Part shown: positions 40,889 through 52,974 of the stretch, piece by piece
Layout: each line of letters begins with the position of its first letter
Position numbering within the stretch: position 1 is the first letter of the stretch
NCBI RefSeq assembly: GCF_006345805.1
Contig: NC_043016.1
Location: 23,994,001 to 24,058,000 of the forward strand
DNA length: 64,000 nucleotides
Source: Octopus sinensis
Taxonomy: Eukaryota
Direction: 5' to 3'
Position numbers and translations under genes: made by a program
Notes under the pieces: generated by a model
Database searches by the model: none
What the model was told of the DNA's origin: nothing
The model's input: the letters and a program-made list of their open reading frames with translations, nothing else

Positions 40889-43310
40889 GTGAATTCTTTG
40901 GGCATATTTTTCAAACATTCAATTGGACTTTTAAAAAATTACTACTTAACACATTTACGTTTTGCTGCCTAAAGAAAAGAATTCTTAAATATTTCAATCT
41001 TGTCAGTATTAACTTGCATTTTATATTTTTACTATTAATGCTCAAAACGTAGTTTATCCTTTTAATTAGTGAAGTTTGCAGTTACATTTTTGTCTTTTCT
41101 ATTTAATGTTTGAGTGTTTTAAAATGACTTTACATTTTTTAACCATAAAAATATTGTTTAAAAATTATGCAGTGTTTTTTCTTCTTTAAACAGTAATTTT
41201 TTTTTTGTAAGCATTAAAAAAATGTTTCAAAGATGAATTACAGATATTATTAATGTGAAATTTTGTTAGTGTATTGTATTAAAGATAACTTGTTCATCTT
41301 AAGGGTGGGGAGATTTGATAAAATTTTGAATAGAAATTATTAAAGGTAAATTAATTTTTATTACAGGGGAGAATGTCCACCTTAAGATTTTAGTTCCAAG
41401 TGCAGCTGCTGGAGCCATTATTGGCAAAGGTGGAGAGACAATTGCACAAGTGCAGAAAGATGCAGGAGCCAGAGTAAAGATGTCGAAAGCTAATGATCAT
41501 TATCCTGGTAACTATTTTCTGTTTGTGAGGACTAACACATTTTTAGGTTATTAGCTGAGAAGTGGGGGGCATTATAATTAACAAATGAAGACATCTGGAT
41601 GAATGTAGTGAGTGTTTACAATGATTGTCTATTTTATTATCTTCTAGTCAAATAAAAGAATTATGAAAATGTTTTAGATAACTGATGTGGCAAATATCTT
41701 ACTTTGACTAGTTTAAGTTGAGAAATAACTGATTTTAACTATAATTTGGTATGTCTTGGTGTTGTGTGTGTGTGTGTATGTATGTATAAAAGCTAATCTG
41801 TATTAAAATTGAATATGTAGACCTAAGTTGTAAATTTTTTGCATGTTTGTTTTTTTTTTTTTGGCAAATTTAAATTGGACTTAGTTTAATGATATCTTAA
41901 TGTATTTGCATTATTTATTGCTTAAAATATTTAATTATTTTCTGTGTATGAATAGCATATTTTCTTCTCTTTAAAATCATTTTATGTCATAAAAATTGGA
42001 ATATATTGAGGAGGCACCACATTTTGGTGATTTATTTTATTTATTAGATTAACAGTTTGTTATTTAAAAAAAATTTCCAGGGACATCCGAACGAGTGTGT
42101 CTTATAACTGGTTCAGTTGAAGCTGTTAGGAAAGTCCATACTTTTATTATGGAAAAAATCAGGGAAAAACCAGAACCTAACCCCAAATTAGATGAAAATA
42201 AAAGTACCTATGAACGGCACCGGCAGGTAATAATGTTATAAATTTTCTTTTATATTATACATATATATATATACACAAATATATATATATACACACAATA
42301 TGCACATATATATATACATATTTATGCACATTATATATACTCACATTTGTATATACATGTTTATATATATACATTTATAAATGTGTGCATATAATTATCC
42401 CCTTTGTGTGTGAGTGTGCGTGTGTACATATATAGTTTAGAGATGTATTTAAAGTAAATAAAATCTATGAAGACTTAATTTTAATTTTTCATATTTTTGT
42501 CTACATACTTTAATTAATTTGTGTAACTGAGAAAAAATTGGAGGAAGTGCATGAAACTGAGGAAAATCTATTCTTAGTTACCTAAGCATCTTCCTTTCCA
42601 ATTTGATTGAGTCGAATCTTTTGGAATTTCTGATATATTTGAAAGTAGATTAATAATATTGTTAAATTATATTTAACTATAGTTTTTGTTCATTTTGCTT
42701 TTTCATTTTGTTAATGCTACTAAATCAGTGGTCAGAATTAGCTCTTCTACCTCCAACCCAGGCAGCAAGAGCCCTTTATTAAATAGGCTGTCTGATAGGC
42801 TGCTATTTCCAAACTATAAAGTTTCTCTTACATCACCTTCTGATCTGCTCACTTTCCTTACTTTTTGTACATACTGAAATCCCAAAATAGGTTAAAAAGA
42901 AATCATTCTTACTTTCAGACAATAGATTTAGCTGCTCCAACCCAATTTGACAGGCTCCAGCCCTCTGATAGTCTAGAACCATTTTTACAGGTCAGAGAGT
43001 CCTTTGAACTTTTTGAAACCGCTAAGGTCAAGTTTTGGCCTTTTTATTTACATATGGCTGGACATTTTGTTTCAGTATTCAAGGAAATTGAAATTGTATT
43101 CCAAACCATTTATTGATGGTAATAAATGTTCAAATAAATATATAATATATATTTTGATCTAGCTCTGAATGTATAGGAAGTTCTTACTAAAGTATGTTTA
43201 CTGTGGATGAGAACTCATTTTTATATATTTAGAAATGTTAAACATTACTATATTTTAGTACAAAAATTCTTAAGGATGACTTTATTTGGAAATTAAGCAT
43301 GTTATTTAAG

Positions 43311-43341
<31 letters not shown>

Positions 43342-45968
43342 TTATATATATATATATATACACACATACATATATTAGCTGGTTTTTACATGATGATCAG
43401 GTCACTGCTGCCTCCTCTTTCCAACTGCATTCAGCATGTCCAAATTAATTTAGCATTTACCTGTTTCATTTTTAAGGCTAAGACAGTTCTGCATTTTATA
43501 ATAAATAACTGTTAACCACATTTGTTTGATTTGGTCCTTGATTTAGTAATGAATTATAGTTAGTTTGTTTTTTATACAGTTTGAACATTAGTCAACTAAA
43601 GATATGAAATTGTCTTATAGTATGTTATACTAATGAAATATTTATTCAAATCTCTCCAAAAATTTGCTGATAATTTTTAATTTCACAAAAAAAAAAACCT
43701 GTGGTTAACTAAATAAAAATAAGAATTTTATTAAAAAAGTTTTTCTTAAATATTTTAAAATGTAACAGACAATAGATCATTTTTAACAAGATTAACAATT
43801 TAAATTTGGTTTGATACATATAAAGTCATTCATTTTGATCATAAAAAAATCATAATTAATTTGTAACTGAATCAAAATTAAAGCTATTTATGTATTTATT
43901 ATCTAATGCTCCATGTTTGTTTTTAATTATTAATTGTTGTTTTACCAATGTTTTCAGGTGAAAATCTTAGTCCCTAATAGTACTGCAGGAATGATAATTG
44001 GTAAAGGTGGCATTTATATAAAACAAATTAAGGAGGAAAGTGGAGCGTATGTGCAGATATCTCAAAAGTCAAAAGAAACAAATTTGCCAGAACGCTGTGT
44101 AACAGTTGCAGGTGAGTGCAGCCTTGTTTTAGTGTGTTTATTGTATTTTGAATTATTGTTTGAAACTGAATTTGTGACTAGGAAACAAGTTCTCTTGTGT
44201 AGTATTATTTTTAATTTTGTGCATGTATTATGAAATTGTTTGACATTTTGAAAGCTGTGTTTTGCTGTAGTGTTTTGAATTAAAACATTGTGAACTTGAT
44301 GATTTGTTGTCTTGGGCAGATTTTTACTAGTGACCATCCATCTATAATAAAGTTGGACTCTTTTCTTTTTATAAATTACATTGCATTTGTTATTTAGTTG
44401 CCATAAGCCTATTTATTATATTTATATTGCAAATGACTTTGGTATATTTATCACTAAAATTTATAAACCATTCTATATTTAAATACTTAATAGGGTGTTG
44501 GGGGGTAAATTATGAATTTCTAAGAAATTTGTTTATCTGTTCCGGACTCTGCATTTGTTGCTACTGAATATTTCTTGTCATCTTGACTTAGAAAAACAGC
44601 TCCTAAATATTTTTATTAAATGTTTAGTATGTAGCCCTATATTATCTATTTTAGTAACTTGGCTGAAATGTTAATACATTCATTGTTTAGAAAATTATTG
44701 TAAATAAGGTAGTTTTTGTTTAATACTTTTTCTTAAATTTTAGTTAGTCTAAACTGTTTTTTTTTTCCATTTTTTTTTTCCTTCTCAATCTTTGTTTTGT
44801 AGGTGATGTTGAGTCCAACAGAAGAGCTGTTGACATGATATTACAGAAGATTGTTGAAGATCCTCAAAGTGGAAGCTGTCCAAATATCAGTTATGCAGAT
44901 TACACAGGACCAGTGGCCAGTGCTAATCCTACCGGGTCCCCTTTCGCTAACACGGACTATATACAAAACAGAAGTACAGAGATAGGATTAGCTAATAATA
45001 ACTTTGGTGCTTTTGGTTTTGGTTTTAATGGAAATGCCTTTGGAAACAATATAGGAGCTAGCATGACGAATCTGAACTTGAATGCAGCTTTAAGTGGTGG
45101 CACTAGTAATAGCATTAACAGTACAGCTTTGGATAACATAAAAATAACTCTGCGAGGAAATGGATTTTCAGATCAAGCAACCGAAGAAATAAGTACTGCC
45201 ATGAACACTTTAGCTAGCTATGGTATATTAGCTAGTATGGGTTTAGGAATGGGCAGTTTGAATAATTTGGCAAACTTAGGAACTGGAAGCGGTCTAGGAA
45301 CAGGACTGAATCTTAATTCATCTGGCTTGCAAGGCTCTAGCATGATGTCAAGTAGTACAACTTCAACCACAAGTGTGAGCAGCCCTTTCTTTAACACTAC
45401 CACCAGTACTAACAGTGCTGGTAGCCTTTTTGGTCCAGTTGGCAGTGGGTCATCCGGATTAGGAAGTTCAGGCTCCACTGGAGCCAACTCTAGTCTTTTC
45501 AGTAATTCCTCTCCTAGTATTGGCAACGAAAGATATGGGGGAAGTCCAATGCTTAATGATTCATTTGGCAATGCTGCTAATTATCCCAGCAATCCTGGGT
45601 TCACTGGAACTCCAAGCATAGCTGGCGACAGGTCTCCTAATGTTAATCAAAATTCTTTTGGCCTCGGAACTGGCATCTATAGCCCTGCTGATGACAAATC
45701 AGCCCCGGCAACTAAGCAAGAGATGGAGGTTCCGGAGACAATTGTTGGAGCTATCCTGGGACCTGGCGGGAAAGGCATCGTGGAAATACAACAGTTCACG
45801 GGCACCAACATTCAGATTTCAAAAAAAGGAGTCTATGTACCTGGTACCCGTAATCGTGTTGTCACCATAACTGGTACTCCTAACAACATTTCCAAAGCCC
45901 AGTTATTTATCCAGCGGCGCCTCCAGCAAGAGGAAATGAAGAGGGCTCGTCAAGCTTCTACCCGTTAG
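8041..45968 (+). CDS. Nova: Nova/pasilla-family triple-KH RNA-binding protein, spliced CDS join(8041..8158,41367..41507,42081..42226,43958..44111,44803..45968), 574 aa
   Basis: Exon lengths 118+141+146+154+1166 = 1725 nt give 575 codons with no internal stop. All introns are GT-AG, with phases 1,1,0,1. The translation has the Nova N-terminal SRKRP motif, KH1 ([18 protein letters not shown]), KH2 ([18 protein letters not shown]), the Nova-typical [28 protein letters not shown] and NTLASYG motifs, and KH3 ([34 protein letters not shown]). Confidence 0.95.
15601..15885 (+). mobile_element. tRNA-derived SINE, internally deleted
   Basis: ggttctgggttcagtc..ctgggcaagtgtcttctactatag..gtgagtggatttgg..ctggggttgatt..aatgactgaaacaa, homologous to 25143-25526. 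Confidence 0.85.
16195..16350 (+). mobile_element. Short degenerate RTE RT C-terminal fragment
   Basis: gctggtttggccatgtgatgagaa..gatagctgcataaagaagtgtcaa resembles 1050-1170 and the reverse complement of 2330-2420. Confidence 0.6.
16556..16683 (-). mobile_element. RTE/SINE 3' tail, reverse orientation
   Basis: Reverse complement of 40-190 (catcatcatc..tttccatgctggcatgggttggac..ggatgcccttcctaa). Confidence 0.8.
17388..17438 (+). CDS. Candidate 51-nt symmetric (phase 1-1) cassette exon in Nova intron 1 ([17 protein letters not shown])
   Basis: Pyrimidine-rich acceptor ctctttacttgtttatttctag, donor CAG|GTAGGT. Length is divisible by 3, there is no stop in the Nova frame, and GC is higher than the flanks. 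Confidence 0.5.
20505..20511 (+). other. Candidate 7-nt microexon (GAATATG)
   Basis: Sequence is ccctgtccttgttatag|GAATATG|gtaagta: near-consensus donor and a reasonable acceptor, flanked by YCAY motifs. Confidence 0.3.
23900..23953. repeat. 27-bp perfect tandem duplication (tcaatgctatagatattccagtaccat x2)
   Basis: Directly visible. Confidence 0.9.
24561..24925 (+). mobile_element. Degraded tRNA-derived SINE with RTE-like tail
   Basis: gtgtggttaaaaagtttgct..gttcagtcc..ggcaagtgt..tttgtgagtg..ggcaacaggaaaagcatccagc..aacccac. Confidence 0.7.
25143..25526 (+). mobile_element. Near full-length tRNA-derived SINE
   Basis: A/B-box-like 5' head (ggagtggctgtgtg..ccgggttcagt), central (AT)/(GT) microsatellite, and a 3' end aatgactgaaacaagtaaaagag. 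Several homologous copies lie in the window. Confidence 0.9.
27350..27505 (+). mobile_element. Second SINE family copy
   Basis: gagttcatatccc..tcaactttgcctttcatccttt..gactc homologous to 58011-58160. Confidence 0.7.
35635..35748 (+). CDS. Candidate 114-nt symmetric cassette exon or alternative first exon ([38 protein letters not shown])
   Basis: Strong donor AAG|GTGAGC at 35749 in phase 1. The Nova-compatible frame is open from 35598 to 35756, and the segment is a local GC/CpG island. Acceptors at 35634 (114 nt) or 35602 (146 nt) are weak to moderate. Confidence 0.42.
38203..38207 (+). other. Candidate 5-nt microexon (GTGGG)
   Basis: Sequence is gtatttttcttgtgtag|GTGGG|gtaagtc: strong acceptor and perfect GTAAGT donor. 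Confidence 0.3.
38537..38800 (+). mobile_element. Degraded tRNA-derived SINE
   Basis: cttgcttctcgaccacatg..gggttcagtcccactgtgtggcac..ggcaagtgt..gagtggattt. Confidence 0.8.
41367..41507 (+). CDS. Nova: Nova coding exon 2, first half of KH1 ([48 protein letters not shown])
   Basis: Acceptor tttttattacag|GG, donor CTG|GTAACT, 141 nt, GxxG loop (GKGG). Confidence 0.95.
42081..42226 (+). CDS. Nova: Nova coding exon 3, second half of KH1 plus linker ([49 protein letters not shown])
   Basis: Acceptor aatttccag|GG, donor CAG|[19 protein letters not shown] matches Nova KH1. Confidence 0.95.
42919..42990 (+). CDS. Candidate 72-nt phase 0-0 cassette exon between KH1 and KH2 ([24 protein letters not shown])
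   Basis: Acceptor tcattcttactttcag, donor CAG|GTCAGA. 24 codons, open in the Nova frame. Confidence 0.45.
43958..44111 (+). CDS. Nova: Nova coding exon 4, most of KH2 ([52 protein letters not shown])
   Basis: Acceptor gttttcag|GTG, donor CAG|GTGAGT. Lies inside ORF-track entry 43934..44233. Confidence 0.95.
44803..45968 (+). CDS. Nova: Nova terminal coding exon: end of KH2, long G/S/N/T-rich linker, KH3, stop TAG
   Basis: Acceptor tttgttttgtag|GT at 44802, in frame with the 377-aa ORF 44835..45968. Confidence 0.96.
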
Positions 45969-46188
45969 GGTACCCTCTCCCGCCATTTCATTGCACGGAA
46001 ATTCCCCCTTTTTCTTTCTTTTTCTTTTTTTTTCTTAAATCCTCTCTCCCTCACTCTCTCACCCATTCCTCTTTTTTTTTCTTAACTTCTCCCACTTTCA
46101 TTTAAACATTTTTATTTATTTTATTTTATATTTTTGAAATCAAATTAAACCCATCCCGAATCCTAACCATAAATATAATTCAAACAAA

Positions 46189-46190
<2 letters not shown>

Positions 46191-46237
<47 letters not shown>

Positions 46238-46449
46238 TATACATATATATATATGCACAGACACACATACACACGTGTGCGCGCATACATATTCATGCAT
46301 ATTCAAATAAGCACGCCATGTACATACATGTGTGTCTGTGTATATACGCATATAGGTGCGAGTATATATGTATGTATATACTACACTCATACACTTTTGT
46401 GTATTTGTGTGAATATGTGTGTGTGTGTGTATATATATATATGTGTATA

Positions 46450-46489
<40 letters not shown>

Positions 46490-46490
46490 A
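46191..46490. repeat. Compound (TA)n/(CA)n/(TG)n microsatellite, representative of dozens in the window (others near 8338-8440, 10018-10110, 10476-10532, 12200-12260, 12520-12600, 17458-17720, 52650-52920, 60985-61040)
   Basis: Directly visible dinucleotide runs. These generate most of the spurious [12 protein letters not shown] ORFs in the track. Confidence 0.95.
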
Positions 46491-49298
46491 AAATCATTTT
46501 CCTCTTTCCACAGCCTTGGAAATAGGAATAGAAAACTTAAATACATTGCCTCTCCAATTTCTAGATATAACAAGATGAAAGCTAACCTTTTTTTCTTTAT
46601 TTTTTCATCAAATTCATTCAGTATATAATTCATTTATAAATTAAATTTCAAATGCTCTAAATGAATCCCATACAGCCTCAGAAGTGTTTAGTATCACATG
46701 CACACATACATCCATATAAAATTACATACACACACACACACTCACATGCATATATCTTCTCAAGGTGGGGAAAATTGAAATGCCTATGTTAATGAGCTTT
46801 TTTAGTGTTACGTTTTGTGTTTATATATATAAATGTATATATGTGTATGAATGTGTTTATGTGTTTAATTGGTATTTTTTACGTCTGTTTTCCATGCTAT
46901 CATGGATTTAGATGTTCTAAATATGGATATTTTCATGAACTGTGTGACTGTGTGTGTGCCTTGTGCATTGTGTGTATATATTTGTATATGTTTGTGTGTG
47001 TATATATATGTGTATATGTATATACATACATACATACATAAATGTGCACACAGATTTTTTTGATTATATCTTTTGAGTTTTTATTTATATTAATTTAATG
47101 CTTTGAAAATATTTGTAAAAAATCAAAAATTGAAAAAATTGAAAAAAATCTATTTAAAATGTTACACTCATCGTATTCATATTCTAGAAATAAGATACAT
47201 TCTAATCTGGATATCTAATCATCAGTATGTTCTAAAATCGTTTAAGAACGTTTTGGTTTTATTTATTTATTTTTTTTTCAAATGGAAATCATAACTTTAA
47301 TGTTCAGGTCAAATTTGTTAGCTAATTGAGGCATTTATTTCTATATTTTTTAAATGTTTCTAGATTTTACATAATTTATTCAATAGCTATCTGATTGCCA
47401 TATTCTCACTACAGAAAATCATCAATTTTTGTCTGATTGTCATAAACATGTTTGTGGCTGAGTTTAATGTATTCTGATAAATCTTACATCTTATAGTGAA
47501 AAGGTTGGCTTAATTTGAATTTCTGGTAGTTGGAAAGACAAAGTGACTATTTCTGTTATTTTCTTTTTGATTCACAGAGGCTTCCCTGAATATTATGAAA
47601 ATGGAATGTGGTATTGAAATATCTGTTGCAGTCTCTTCAAGCAGCTTTAAAAACTGTTTTATTGAACCAAAATAGAATTAACTTTTCAGTGCTTAGGTCA
47701 AAATTTGTCTTTCACTGATACTTCTCATCAAGTATCAAAATATGTAGGTTGGCCTAAGATGAAAAAGAAATCTTGAGCAAGAAAGATGGTTATACCTGAT
47801 TATAACATTATACATTCATTATTGTTTCATTTTGCAAAAAGAAAAATAACAAAAAAAGACAAAAAAAAGAAAAAAAATATGAAGATAAAATGTAAAAAAA
47901 AAAAATCATTCTCTTTTTATTTTCCTAATAACCTATGTTTATTATATCAATGATTTATTAACTCGTATTTCAGAGCACCTATGTAATGAGAAATCAAAAT
48001 CATCTTAATTCTATTAAAGCAATTTTTCACCCTATAGATTCCATAAAATCTCCACATATCTATCTCTAAACTCTATTTATACCTATTTATATCCATGTAT
48101 TTATATTGGTTATATCAACCTTTTTCCTTGCATAAATAACTTCTAATTTCTAAACATCTCATTATTTGATTTATATTTTCCTCATTAAAATGTTTTAGTC
48201 TCTAAATTTCAGTTCAATTGTTATAGAATTTAATATTAAAATATATATTTATATATAGTATGTATATATATATGTATATATATATGCATACGTATATATC
48301 TTGTTGCAATGTTACAGTGATTCAGTGATTATAGTTTTCAATACTGTTGCCCTGTTTTGTAATGTACTAGTTTCTAGTAGCTCCACACATACACACACAC
48401 AAAATAAAACCCATCCTTTAATGTTTGTAATTCATTTGCAGAATTTAAAATATTTACTCCATAAAGTACTTTAAGTTACACATGCTTCTAAATAGCTCTA
48501 ATTTAAATCTTGTCTGATGAGAGAAACTTTACTCTATAATAGTCTTGTACTTATATTAGATATTGAAAATATTTTAAGTATTTCTAAAAAATTTTAAGCA
48601 CATTTTGTGTGTGTGTTAGTCTCTGTCTTTTAGCAAGGTGTCTCATTTCATTAGGGTTTTAGGTGAATCCTTTAGCTTAGGTTACATAGTTAATTTTCTC
48701 TCTATTATTTTGCTATCAATATTTATTCGTGAGTGTAATCTTCACAGCATTTTATTTAACAATTGTATATGAAATGATTAATAGTTAGTCATGTGTCAGT
48801 AGATTTATACTCTTCCTTTTCATGTTGCATACATATTTTTGGAGAATTTAATTAAGGAAACAATGTAACAAAAGGCATTTTAATGCAATTATCTTCAGGT
48901 GTTTTCTTCTGAATCTTAATATTTTAATCTTAAAAGTAGTTATGAATACACTATTTTCACAGCTTTCTAAATATGCAATCAATTTTGAACTTTCCATTTA
49001 TTTGTGCAATTACGTCATCATGATTGTACTATATTAATACTATTTTATCTTCTAAACCATGACAATATTTCATTGAAACTATGAGTATATGATATTTGGT
49101 TTCATTTAATTAGATAGTTTGATGTTACACCCCATTCTATCAGTATATTTTACTAAGGCTAATCACTGAACTATCTAGTTGTTACATTTTTTGCATGTTA
49201 GCACATTTTATTTAATTAGAAATTACATTTTGCAAAGTGAACTCTATGCAAATATTTTGCCTTAATATTGGAAATGGTTAAGATATATAGTCCTAGTC

Positions 49299-49329
<31 letters not shown>

Positions 49330-50189
49330 GATTTGCTAATGCAACAATTTAATGTAAAATTTCATTTTTTGAGGTATGGCTTGAAAATATCTAAAGTGAA
49401 AGAGGAAAGCAAAACATTTACAATACTAAACACTTCAAAGGCAATTATTAATTTTCCATCTATTTATTTTAAATTGCAGTGTCATTGTTTGAATCATAGA
49501 GGCTTTGTGTTATCACCTAAGGGATATGTATATCATTTGTATATACATACACATGCATATTCTACATATACATACATACATTCACACACATACATTTGTA
49601 CCCCTCTTTCATTTTTCCTATCCCTTTAAAATCTGATATATTTTTTAAATTATCATTTCATTATTTGATTATTTTGTTTTAGGGGGCATTTACAGTTCCA
49701 AGAATGGCTGCACCTTTTTCTTCCATTTTTATGGTCAGCAGAGATATCTGGAATTATAAAGAATGATGCCTTCTGCTCATACCAACTTACAATGTGCCAG
49801 ATATTTTTTATTACACAGCAAAGATGATGTACATGTTTGCATTGTATATTTAAATTTTGCAATAATATAGTTATTCATGTGATATAATGAAAATTTTCAT
49901 AAGTCTCTCTGCTAATCAGAATCAAGTAGAAAGGCTTCATAACTAGTCACAATAACTTTACTCTATACTACATAAGCACCAATAAATTGTCAAGATATGA
50001 CTACTATACATCATTTTCACTCTCCCTCTAAAAAAAAAACTAAAACTAAATAGATCTATTTAAAATGCTAACAACATTTTGTCATAGTCTGTTAAAATTT
50101 TCCAATATTTACTTTTATATATGTATATATATATGTATTCATGCACACATATGCACATATATACACACACACACATACACAATGAAGCA

Positions 50190-50233
<44 letters not shown>

Positions 50234-52875
50234 TATCAGGGTGTGTGTGTATATATATGTTTGTGTGTGTGTGTGTGTAGTTTAAAGGTGAGCAATATCT
50301 CCTCATGCTGAAAGCCGTTTGAAGCTGGCATGGTCATAACAGAAAAAGCAATTGTTAAGTTTGCACATTTTGTTGGTCAATAATATATTTTGATATATTG
50401 CTTTTACCATTTGTTTACATGCCTGCTAATAGCAACAGCTATGCTATGAGTGCATAACGCATATTGGAAATTTATTCTTCCATGTTAACACTCATTTGAT
50501 GGTTCCTTCCAATCTTTTTATATTTCTGTGCTCACTGTTCACATTTAGTTTGTATTTGCAAAATTAATCTTCAATTTTAATCTGAAGAAAAAAAATCACA
50601 CAACATAGAAAAATGATTGATTCAGCTTTCACTTTATTTATGTGTGTGTGTATGTTTGTGTGTATATGTGTTTTGTGTATATTATATATACACACATACA
50701 TGCGCACACACATGTACATACCCATGCATACACATGAAGGTAGTATCATTTGATATAGTGATTTAAGGTACAAGTTGAAAAAAAAACTTATTTGCACCTG
50801 ACATATTTATCATTAGAAATTTCATTATATGCTATATAAATGATTATACGAAATTGGAATTGTTTATTTGAATATATAGTGCAAAAATGCTGTGTTTTTG
50901 CTATGTAATTAAAACATGTTGTGCTCAGAAATAAAAGCGGCCATTTTTTTAGGAAAGCTTTGTGAATCATACATCTGTGCATGAGTTCCAAATTGTGGAA
51001 AGACAAGAAAATGGATTTTCTCTTAATGCTGCGGTGTCACCCATGTGTGTTTGTGTGACTAATCAACCAATCACTTCCAGGTGTGTCCACTCTACTTTGC
51101 CCTCTTCTATATTCTCACAAAAGGAAAAAGTGGCATACTTACAGGGCTGTGCATCTTCGTTTTTCACTAATAGTCATACCAGAATTGGTTGCATAATGTA
51201 CATTAAAACACAAGCCATTAGTCCTTGCATTGCTGTATATAATTCACCCACAAACTCTGGCTGTAGCCATCACTCTCATGTGCCCATCTGTGACAATGCA
51301 CGGATCACACTAGGAAATGTAACATGGGCACTCATTAAATTTTTTTTTATAGTCAAGTTAACACACTAAAATATGACATTGCTCAGGCATTTGAGGAAAG
51401 TTAAAAGTTGTGAGGTCAGTGAAATATTATTTGTATTGATGATGATTATCATTCCAAGGTTATATAATTTTTCATTTTTCCTCTTCAGACAGATGGCTTA
51501 TGTAATGTCATAATATATTTTCTAGCTGTTGGATCGACATTGAAGAAGAAACCTTTATATATTATATATTGTTTTTTTTTGGTTTTTTTTCCCCCCTCCC
51601 CGTTAGAAAAATGTCAGCTTGAACATTATCTTCGATATTTGTTCAACTGCTTTACCTTGTATTTCTTATCTGTCACATTCAGTTTGTTACTGTTATTGTA
51701 TAGTATAAATTTTTTAGGGGGTCTTGGGAAAAAAAAATTCTGCAAAATCTGTCCTATCCAAAGGAAGTAATTTTTTTTATTTAGTTTCATTTCCTTTTTC
51801 TTGTACTGCCTTAAAGGCTTAAATTATTTCATGGCAGTCATTTTTTTTTCTTTTATCCCCTCTGCCCCTCCTTTTTTGGTTGATTAGATTAACAAGCTTT
51901 TGTTTGGTAAATTGTGAGAGAAAGCAATGAAATGGAGACTTTTTTTTCTTTTTTTCTTCTCTCTATGACTTATTGAGGCTATTACTTCTGTACCACTTCG
52001 CCATAAAATTTCCATTCATGCAGGAAGAATAATTGTTCATATTGATTATTCTTCCATCCCTTCAATCTGCCACACTATTACAAAACAATCGTAACTATTT
52101 AGCCACTACAATATTGCAATGACATATTTATTTAGGAATTTGTTGTATTCATTTTCTCCTGCAAAAAATAAACTAGCAGCTTTTTAGCCATTCTTTATTT
52201 CCATTCTCCTCCCCGCTTCTAACACTCTTTTACCCAATATTCACTTTTTCTGTTTCAATTCCAGTTACACTCATTTACTGGTTCCAGCAAGAATGTTGTG
52301 GCCATGCTGGTTACTCTTTTATCTTAGATATCAAGTTAATATTTAAATGCTATTAGCATTAGAAAGTATGTCCTCTTCATCTATAATATCTTTAGATAAT
52401 GGCCTTTTAGTTTGTTTTTCTTTTCATTTGATATATTGATATTTTACTGATGCCAAAATGGCAGAATTACTTATCTCCTTTCCCAGTTTCTTCCTAATAT
52501 TTAGATGCGAAGTGCCATCTGTATTTATATGGTTTTTTCTTCACATTTTCTTCTTTACCCCTTTATTTTATTTTCAAGTAGAATGTTTGATTGCCGCAAT
52601 AGTTATCTATGAAAATTAATAAATCCCCACAGTCTTTTATTGTTTATACACATGCATATATATATATATATATTATATATATATATATATATATGTGTGT
52701 GTGGTGGTGTGTGTTTATATATATCTGTATATAATTTACACACACACTTTAGTGTAACAGTAAGCTGCCACAATAGTTGTCTCATTACCGTGAGTGATAG
52801 ATGAACTTGATTACATGTTCTTAATTCAACTGTTTGTGTATATGTGTGAATATATAACATACATGTGTAACATGT

Positions 52876-52923
<48 letters not shown>

Positions 52924-52974
52924 GAAATGTTGCAAAAGGAAAATAGAAACTATATGTGGCAATGTGAGGGGAAA

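Noticed and set aside
45223-45502. Possible exitron inside the last exon
   Set aside because: The best donor/acceptor pair gives 280 nt, not a multiple of 3, and the donor is weak.
44957-45870. Overlapping ORFs 44957..45139(-), 45218..45571(-) and 45640..45870(+)
   Set aside because: They are shadows of the real Nova exon in other frames or on the other strand.
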